From: Burkholderiaceae bacterium
GTDB taxonomy: Bacteria; Pseudomonadota; Gammaproteobacteria; Burkholderiales; Burkholderiaceae_C
Direction of reading: 5' to 3'
DNA: 64,000 nt
NCBI GenBank assembly: GCA_040381175.1
Contig: JBEIHU010000001.1
Location: 20-64,019 of the forward strand
Shown: positions 57,333 through 64,000 of the stretch, piece by piece
Numbering within the stretch: position 1 is the first letter of the stretch
How the letters are laid out: each line of letters begins with the position of its first letter
The notes under the pieces: model-generated
Seen by the model: only the letters and a program-made list of their open reading frames with translations
Told to the model about the DNA's origin: nothing
Database searches by the model: none
Position numbers and translations under genes: made by a program

Positions 57333-58155
57333 ATGTCTTTCGACCTCTTGCTCTTCGGCGGCACTGCAGATCTGACCCGGCGCAAGCTGATGCCGGCATG
57401 GTTCCAGGCCTTTCGCCACGGCAAGCTGCCCCAAGGCGGACGCATCCTCTCGGTGGCACGAGATGAGCGCAGCGACGAGAAGCTGAAGGTGCTGAAGTCG
57501 CTGAAGCCCTTCACGCCCGAGAGCGTGGCGCGCGACGTGGTGGGCGGCCAGTACAAGGCCGGCACCGTGGAAGGCAAGGCAGTGCCCGGCTACCTGGTCG
57601 AGGCCAAGGTGCGGGCCGCCAGCCGCTGCGAGACCTTCGTCGCGCTGCGCACGGAAGTGCGAAACTGGCGCTGGGCCGGCGGCGTGCCCTTCTACTTGCG
57701 CACCGGCAAGCGCCTGGCCGGACGCGAGGCGCACATCGTCGTCAAACTTCCGCGAGGCGCCGCACCCGATCTTCCCTGGCGCCAACCGTGCCAACAAGCT
57801 CGTCATCAAGCTGCAGCCCGAAGACGGGCTGCAGCTGCACCTGATGGCTGCCAAAGGCAGCGGCCCTGGCGAGCTGCTGGCGCCGGTGTCGCTGGACCTG
57901 AACTTCGACAAGGCCTTCCCCAGCGACCGCGTCGGCGGCTACGAGCGGCTGTTGCTCGACGCCATCGCCGGCCGGCTGAACCTGTTCGTGCGCAGCGACG
58001 AGCAGGAGCAGGCTTGGCGCTGGGTGGAGCCAGTGCTCGACGCCTAGGCCAGGGACACGAGCGGCCCAAGAACCTACACTGCCGGCAGCTGGTGCCCCGT
58101 GGCGGCCAGCGCCCTCATCGCCAGGGACGACTGCGCCTGGGCCGAAGAGCAATGA
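57333..58155 (+). pseudogene. zwf: Glucose-6-phosphate dehydrogenase pseudogene
   Basis: FGGTADL..RKLMP fused to DEKLKVL (RIDHYLGK core missing); FYLRTGKR; +1 shift near 57745; YERLL, LFVR.DE; internal TAG at 58045. Confidence 0.92.
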
Positions 58156-58273
58156 CGGCCGTTCGCCGCATGAGTGCATGGGTCGATCCCCAGGGTCCGG
58201 CAAAGTCCCCTGCCGGCCCCCCGGGAACCGGCCTTGCCCGAGAGCGGCCCGGCGCAGCAACCCGGCATTCGTC

Positions 58274-59146
58274 ATGATGCTGGACCGCATCCGCGCCTGC
58301 CTGTCTGCGCTGCCACCGGCCGAGCAGCGCGTGGCCAAGCTGGTGCTGGCCGATGTGCGCGGCTTTGCCACCTTGCCGGTGGGCGAACTGGCCGCGCGCG
58401 CCAGCGTCAGCAAGCCGACGGTCGTTCGCTTTTGCCGCAGCGTCGGCTACGACGGGCTGGCCGACTTCAAGCGCAAGCTGGCTGGCAGCGTCAACGAAGG
58501 CGTGCCCTTCGTGCACCGCGCGGTGGACGACGACGACGGCGCCGCCGAGATCGTGGTCAAGGTGATCGACAACGCCGTCAGCGCGATGCTCAAGTACCGC
58601 AACGCCGCGGCCGGCCATGCCTTTGAGCGCGCGATCGCCGCGCTGGCCGAGGCCGGCCGCGACGGCAAGCGCATCGAGTTCTATGGCGTCGGCAACTCCG
58701 GCATCGTGGCGCAGGATGCGCAGCACAAGTTCTTCCGCCTGGGCGTCAACTGCGCTGCCATCAGCGACGGCCATGTTCAGGTGATGAGTGCCACGATGCT
58801 CAAACCCGGCGACGTGGCCGTGATCATCAGCAACTCCGGGCGCAGCCGCGACCTGCTGGACGTGTGCGAGATTGCGCTGCGCAAGGGCGCCACGGTCATC
58901 GTGCTCAGCGCCAGCGGCTCGCCGCTGGCGCTTCAGGCGCAGGGGTCCAACCGCATCCTGCTGGCCGCCGACCACCCCGAGGACCACGACCGCTACAGCC
59001 CGATGGTGTCGCGGCTGCTGCACCTGCTGATCATCGACATCCTGACCACAGGCGTGGCGCTGCGGCTGGGCAGCGGCGGATTGCGGCCGCTGTTGCAGGA
59101 GATCAAGAAGAACCTGCGCAGCAAACGCTACGCCGGATCGCCGTAG
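58274..59146 (+). CDS. hexR: RpiR family regulator HexR
   Basis: VSKPTVVRFCRSVGYDG, SIS domain GVGNSGIVAQDAQHKFFR, SPMVSR; next to zwf. Confidence 0.88.
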   Translation: MMLDRIRACLSALPPAEQRVAKLVLADVRGFATLPVGELAARASVSKPTVVRFCRSVGYDGLADFKRKLAGSVNEGVPFVHRAVDDDDGAAEIVVKVIDNAVSAMLKYRNAAAGHAFERAIAALAEAGRDGKRIEFYGVGNSGIVAQDAQHKFFRLGVNCAAISDGHVQVMSATMLKPGDVAVIISNSGRSRDLLDVCEIALRKGATVIVLSASGSPLALQAQGSNRILLAADHPEDHDRYSPMVSRLLHLLIIDILTTGVALRLGSGGLRPLLQEIKKNLRSKRYAGSP

Positions 59147-59424
59147 CGCGCTTCGCCGGCCGGGGCCAGGCCCAGCAGCCCGGCCACCCCGTACAGCTGG
59201 GCCAGCTGGGCCAGCTTGGGTGGCGCCCCATTCACCTCGAAGGGCCGGCCCGTGGACTGCGCCAGTCGCCGGGCCTGCAGCAGCAGCGCCAGAGCCGTGG
59301 TGTCGAAATCCGCCAGCCCGGACGCGTCGATGGCCAGCGTTCCCTGGCCGCCGGCTGCCGAAGCGCGCAGCGTGCCCAGCGTCTCAGCGGCCCGGTCGAG
59401 CGTCAGCGCGGGTGGCAGCTTCAT
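59128..59424 (-). CDS. mlaB: STAS domain protein MlaB
   Basis: DASGLADFDTTALALLL, LAQLYGV; last gene of mla operon. Confidence 0.82.
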   Translation of the reverse strand: MKLPPALTLDRAAETLGTLRASAAGGQGTLAIDASGLADFDTTALALLLQARRLAQSTGRPFEVNGAPPKLAQLAQLYGVAGLLGLAPAGEARYGDPA

Positions 59425-60029
59425 CAGCTCTTGGGCGCGCTCTTGTTGCGCTCGGCCAGCTTGGCGATCAGTCCGTCAATGCCGCCGGCGCTGATCTCCT
59501 GGTTGAAGGACACGCGGTACTGCTCCACCAGCCACACGCCGAGCACGTTGACGTCATAGATCTTCCAGCTGTCGCCGCTCTTCTCCAGGCGGTAGTCCAG
59601 CTGCACCGGCTCGCCCTTGCCCTTGACCTCGGTGCGCACCACCACCTCGGCGTCGCCGGGGTTGGAGCGCATCGGCCTGAGCTGCACGGTCTGGTCCTTC
59701 ACCTGCGTCAGCGCACCGGCATAGCTGCGAACCAGCAGGGTCTTGAACTCCTGTTGCAGCCGCTTTTGCTGCTCGGGCGTGGCGCTGCGCCAGTTACGGC
59801 CCACGGCCGAGGCCGTCATGCGCTGGAAGTTGACATGCGGCATCACCTTGGTGTCGACCAAGGCGATGATGCGGCTGACGTCGCCGGCCTGGATCGCAGG
59901 GTCCGACTTGACGGCGTCGATGACCTCGGTCGACACCTGGCGGATCAGTTCGTCGGGGGCCGTGCCGGCGCGCGCCGGCATGGCGGCCGAGACCGCCAGC
60001 GCGCAAAACACAAACCAGAGCTTCAGCAT
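59424..60029 (-). CDS. mlaC: Phospholipid-binding protein MlaC
   Basis: AVGRNW, LLVRSY, WKIYDVNVLGVWL. Confidence 0.9.
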   Translation of the reverse strand: MLKLWFVFCALAVSAAMPARAGTAPDELIRQVSTEVIDAVKSDPAIQAGDVSRIIALVDTKVMPHVNFQRMTASAVGRNWRSATPEQQKRLQQEFKTLLVRSYAGALTQVKDQTVQLRPMRSNPGDAEVVVRTEVKGKGEPVQLDYRLEKSGDSWKIYDVNVLGVWLVEQYRVSFNQEISAGGIDGLIAKLAERNKSAPKS

Positions 60030-60099
60030 CGTCGTCCTCTGTGGGTGGTGCTGCGGGGCCAAGACGATAGCGCGGCCGCGACCCGAGGTCCGCGCAGGG

Positions 60100-60900
60100 T
60101 CATTGCCTGTCGGACCCGCCAGGCTTGGCAGGCTCGGCTTCGGGTGGGTCGCCGTCGTACACCAGGCGCAGGCGCCGGCTGAGGAAGGCATCGCGCACGA
60201 AGCTGTACCTGTCCAGTGCGATGGTGTCCAGCAGCTGCGTCGCCGACAACAGCTGCGAGCGCCCGTTCAGCACGCCGAGCACGGTAACGGCGGGCCTGAA
60301 GGCTGCGTTGTTGACCGAATAGTAGGGCGAGGCGACCACATCCAGAGGCAGCCCGGCCGCATCGCGCAGCGTCGAAGGCCCGAACAGGGGCAGCACCAGG
60401 TACGGCCCGGGCGCCACACCCCACACGCCCAGGGTCTGTCCGAAATCCTCGGGCCAGCGCTCCATGCCCACCGCGGTGGCAACGTCGATCAGGCCGAGCG
60501 CTCCGAGCACGGTGTTGGTAGCGAAGCGCATTGTCATGATCACCGACTGCTCGAACTTGCCCTGCATCAGGTTGTTGGCCGCCGACCAGATGTCCTGCGC
60601 ATTGGCGAAGAAGTTGCCGATGCCGATGCGAGCGAGTTCCGGCACCAGCGTCACATAGGCGTCGGTCCACGGCAGCACCAGGCCCTGGTCCAGGTCCTGG
60701 TTGAAGCGGAACATCGCGCGATTGAAAGGCTCCCAGGGGTCGGCAAGCTGCCCCGGCGTGAGCTCGTCGTCGGCCGGCCCGTCGAGCACCGACATGATCG
60801 GTGCAACGCCCGAGGTCGGCTGCGCCTGCGCCGTGGCGGCCAGGCACAGCGCCAGCAGCAACAGCAACGCGCGCAGTTGCGACACTGCAGAACGAATCAC
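60100..60900 (-). CDS. mlaA: MlaA/VacJ family protein
   Basis: DPWEPFNR, EDFGQTLG, GPYLVLPLFGPSTLRD. Confidence 0.9.
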   Translation of the reverse strand: MIRSAVSQLRALLLLLALCLAATAQAQPTSGVAPIMSVLDGPADDELTPGQLADPWEPFNRAMFRFNQDLDQGLVLPWTDAYVTLVPELARIGIGNFFANAQDIWSAANNLMQGKFEQSVIMTMRFATNTVLGALGLIDVATAVGMERWPEDFGQTLGVWGVAPGPYLVLPLFGPSTLRDAAGLPLDVVASPYYSVNNAAFRPAVTVLGVLNGRSQLLSATQLLDTIALDRYSFVRDAFLSRRLRLVYDGDPPEAEPAKPGGSDRQ

Positions 60901-61379
60901 TTTTTGGCTCCGTCGGTGCTGCCCGCTTCGGCGGCCCTGTTGAACAGCATCTGGCCGATCAGATTCTCCAGCACCAGTGCCGACTGGGTCTGGGTGATGG
61001 TGGCGCCCGCCGCCAAGTTTGCCTCGTCGGCGCCCGGCTCCAGACCGACGTACTGGTCACCGAGCAGCCCGGCGGTCAGGATCTTGGCCGAGCTGTCCTT
61101 CGGAAACTTGAAGCCCTCGCGGATGTCCATGCTCACGACGCCCTGGAAGGTCTTGGGGTCGAGCGTGATGGCGGTGACGCGCCCCACCGTCACGCCAGCA
61201 CTGCGAACCGGCGCGCGCACCTTGAGCCCGCCGATGTTGTCGAAGCGCGCCGCGATCGGGTAGGTGGCCTCGGTGTTGAAGTTGCCCAGGTTGGCAGCCT
61301 TCAGCGCCAGGAAGAACAGCGCTGCCAGGCCGAGCAGCACGAACAGGCCGACCAGCGTTTCGGTGGATCTTCTCGTCAT
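60897..61379 (-). CDS. mlaD: MCE protein MlaD
   Basis: FDNIGGLK, GVTVGRV, TAGLLGDQY. Confidence 0.93.
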   Translation of the reverse strand: MTRRSTETLVGLFVLLGLAALFFLALKAANLGNFNTEATYPIAARFDNIGGLKVRAPVRSAGVTVGRVTAITLDPKTFQGVVSMDIREGFKFPKDSSAKILTAGLLGDQYVGLEPGADEANLAAGATITQTQSALVLENLIGQMLFNRAAEAGSTDGAKK

Positions 61380-61406
61380 GGTCTGGTGGTGGCGGTCGAG
61401 CCGGGC

Positions 61407-62189
61407 TCAGGGGGTGGAAAACATCAGCGCCGTCAGTATGAAGTCCATGCCGAGCACGGCGAGCGAGGCGATGACCACGGTGCGCGTCGTGGCGTGGGCC
61501 ATGCCTTCGGGCGTGGCCTCGGTTTCATGGCCCTGGTACAGCGCCACGAAGGTGCAGATGAGGCCGAAGACCGCGCTCTTGACGATGCCGTTGCCCAGGT
61601 CGCGCCACACGTCCACGCGGTCCTGCATGATCGACCAGAAGTTGCCCGCGTCCACGCCGATCAGCAGCACCGCCACCACATAGGCGCCCAGTATGCCCAC
61701 GGTGGAGAAGATCAGCGCCAGGATGGGCATCGACACGATGCCGCCGATGAAGCGCGGCGCCAGCACCCTGGCACGCGGGTCGATGGCCATCAGCTCCATC
61801 GCCGCCAGCTGCTCGCCGGCCTTCATCAGACCTATCTCGGCGGTGAGCGAGGTGCCGGCGCGCCCGGCGAACAACAGTGCCGTGACCACCGGGCCGAGCT
61901 CGCGCACCAGCGCCAGGTTGACGATCAGCCCCAGGCTCTCGGCCGCGCCATAGGTGACCAGCGCGTAATACATCTGCAGCGCCAGCACGAAGCCCACCGC
62001 CAGCCCCGAAGCTGCGATGATGACCAGCGAGCGGTTGCCGATGGCATGCACCTGCGCCAGCACCAGGTCGAAGCGGCGCAACGCCGCGGGCGAGAAGCGC
62101 AGCAGGTCGACGAGGAAGAAGGCCGAATGGCCGAGCGAGCGCAGCCAGTCCAGCGAAAGGCGGCCAAGCCGCGCCAGCGCCTGCGTCAT
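61407..62189 (-). CDS. mlaE: Permease MlaE
   Basis: RELGPV, GTSLTAEIGLMK, ATTRTVV. Confidence 0.93.
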   Translation of the reverse strand: MTQALARLGRLSLDWLRSLGHSAFFLVDLLRFSPAALRRFDLVLAQVHAIGNRSLVIIAASGLAVGFVLALQMYYALVTYGAAESLGLIVNLALVRELGPVVTALLFAGRAGTSLTAEIGLMKAGEQLAAMELMAIDPRARVLAPRFIGGIVSMPILALIFSTVGILGAYVVAVLLIGVDAGNFWSIMQDRVDVWRDLGNGIVKSAVFGLICTFVALYQGHETEATPEGMAHATTRTVVIASLAVLGMDFILTALMFSTP

Positions 62190-62998
62190 GCCTGCAGGCC
62201 CAGATCCTGCGCCAGCGGCGGCGCAGGGTAGTGGAAGCGCACCGGGCCGTCGGGCTCGCCGCCGATGAACTGCCGCACCTCGGGGTGGGCAGACGCGCGC
62301 AGTTCGTCCGGTCGGCCGTGCGCCACCACGCGGCCCTGCGCGGACAGCAGGTAGGCGTAGTCGCAGATCGAAAAGCACTCCTGCACGTCGTGCGAGACAA
62401 CGAGCGAAGTGGCGCCGGTGGTGTCGTTGAGCTTGCGGATCAGGTTCGCAGCCACGCCCATCGAGATCGGATCGAGCCCCGCAAAGGGTTCGTCGTACAT
62501 GATCAATTCGGGGTCGAGCGCGATCGCCCGGGCCAAGGCGATGCGTCGCGCCATGCCGCCAGAAACCTGTGAGATGCGCAGCGGCGCCGCCCCGCGCAGC
62601 CCCACCGCATTGAGCTTCATCAGCACGATGTCGCGAACCATGCTTTCCGGCAGTTTGCCGTGCTCGCGCAGCGGGAAAGCCACGTTGTCGAAGACGCTCA
62701 GGTCGGTGAACAGCGCGCCGAACTGGAACAGCATGCCCAGGCGGCGGCGCAGGCGGTACAGCTGCTCGCGGTTGGCGGCATCGACGCGCTCGCCATCGAA
62801 CATCACCTGTCCCTGCGTCGCCGGGTAGACCCCGGCGATCAGGCGCAGCAGCGTGGTCTTGCCGCAGCCCGAGCCGCCGAGGATGGCCGTGACCTTGCCG
62901 CGCGCGAAGCGCAGCGACACGTCGTTCAGGATCGTGCGCGACGCGTCATAGCCGAAGCTGACGTGGTCGATCTCGATCAGGGGTTGGTCGTTGGACAT
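62186..62998 (-). CDS. mlaF: ATP-binding protein MlaF
   Basis: GGSGCGKTT, FQFGALF, SGGMARR, YDEPFAGLDP. Confidence 0.93.
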   Translation of the reverse strand: MSNDQPLIEIDHVSFGYDASRTILNDVSLRFARGKVTAILGGSGCGKTTLLRLIAGVYPATQGQVMFDGERVDAANREQLYRLRRRLGMLFQFGALFTDLSVFDNVAFPLREHGKLPESMVRDIVLMKLNAVGLRGAAPLRISQVSGGMARRIALARAIALDPELIMYDEPFAGLDPISMGVAANLIRKLNDTTGATSLVVSHDVQECFSICDYAYLLSAQGRVVAHGRPDELRASAHPEVRQFIGGEPDGPVRFHYPAPPLAQDLGLQA

Positions 62999-63196
62999 CG
63001 AGCAGCTGCAGCAAGCGCGGGATTGTCCCATGCACCCCCGCATCGAATCACCGTGAACCCGCCAGCTCCACCGTTGACCAGGAAATCCACCCGTGAGGCG
63101 CAGCCGCCGAACGACGCACCGCTTTGCCGACTGTTCCTCGACTTCGGGCGCCGCCCAGGGCCCGGCCGCCGGCGGCCGCAAGCGCGCAGCCGCGGC

Positions 63197-64000
63197 CTAG
63201 TTCGGCAGATCGCTGCGACCCATCAGGTGCAGATCGACGGCACGCGCCGCCTGGCGGCCCTCGCGGATGGCCCAGACGATCAGCGACTGGCCGCGGCGCA
63301 TGTCGCCGGCAGCGAAGACCTTGTCGACACTGGTCTTGTAGGCGCCGGCCGAATCGGTGGGCGCCCTGGCGTTGCCGCGCGCATCGCGCTCCACGCCGAA
63401 GGCCTCGAGCACGCTGCCCACCGGGCTGACGAAGCCCATCGCCAGCAGCACCAGGTCGCACTTGTAGTCCTTCTCGGACCCCGGCACTTCCTGCATCTTG
63501 CCGTTGACCCATTCGACACGCACGGTGCGCAACGCCGTCAGCTTGCCCTTGCTGCCGACAAACTCCTTGGTGGCGATGGCGAACTCGCGTTCGCAGCCTT
63601 CCTCGTGGCTGGAACTGGTGCGCAGCTTGTACGGCCAGTACGGCCAGGTCAGCGGCCGGTTCTCCTCTTCGGGCGGCATCGGCATCAGCTCGAACTGCGT
63701 CACGCTGGCCGCGCCGTGGCGGTTGCTGGTGCCCACGCAGTCGCTTCCGGTGTCGCCACCGCCGATCACCACCACATGCTTGCCGGTAGCCAGGATCTGG
63801 CCCTTGAGCTTGTCGCCGGCGACGACCTTGTTCTGCATCGGCAGGAACTCCATCGCGAAATGCACGCCCTGCAGTTCGCGGCCGGGCACCGGCAGGTCGC
63901 GGCTGTGCTCGGCGCCGCCGGTCAGCAGCACGGCGTCGAACTCGGCCTTCAGCTGCTCGGGCGAGACCGTGTCCTTGGCGTCGTTGGTGACCCTGCTGTC
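63197..64000 (-). CDS. gltD: Glutamate synthase small subunit (5' end outside window)
   Basis: [36 protein letters not shown]; frame open to the window edge. Confidence 0.93.
   Translation of the reverse strand, partial: DSRVTNDAKDTVSPEQLKAEFDAVLLTGGAEHSRDLPVPGRELQGVHFAMEFLPMQNKVVAGDKLKGQILATGKHVVVIGGGDTGSDCVGTSNRHGAASVTQFELMPMPPEEENRPLTWPYWPYKLRTSSSHEEGCEREFAIATKEFVGSKGKLTALRTVRVEWVNGKMQEVPGSEKDYKCDLVLLAMGFVSPVGSVLEAFGVERDARGNARAPTDSAGAYKTSVDKVFAAGDMRRGQSLIVWAIREGRQAARAVDLHLMGRSDLPN

Overview
High-GC (visually ~70%) betaproteobacterial chromosome segment; gene content and order point to Burkholderiales (Rubrivivax/Comamonadaceae-like, inferred). Most of it is housekeeping: hrcA/nadK-recN-rapZ, mutM-dynamin-mutY, lolB-ispE-tRNA-Gln-prs-rplY-pth, rsmD-coaD, hisGDCBHAF, murA, mlaFEDACB, gltD and an aapJQMP amino-acid transporter. 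It also holds tRNA-Ile2(CAT), a yybP-ykoY riboswitch upstream of terC/alx, and REP-like repeats. The most unusual content is gene decay that the ORF track hides. A red-type Calvin-cycle operon has cbbL, cbbX, cbbT and cbbY wrecked and cbbS deleted, yet fructose-bisphosphatase (cbbF) and phosphoribulokinase (cbbP) are intact. There are also a zwf pseudogene beside an intact hexR and its operator, a fasciclin remnant and a probable bacteriophytochrome PAS remnant. Several large deletions join short repeated motifs. I saw no CRISPR array, transposase or integrase. Family assignments come from motif recognition, not database searches.
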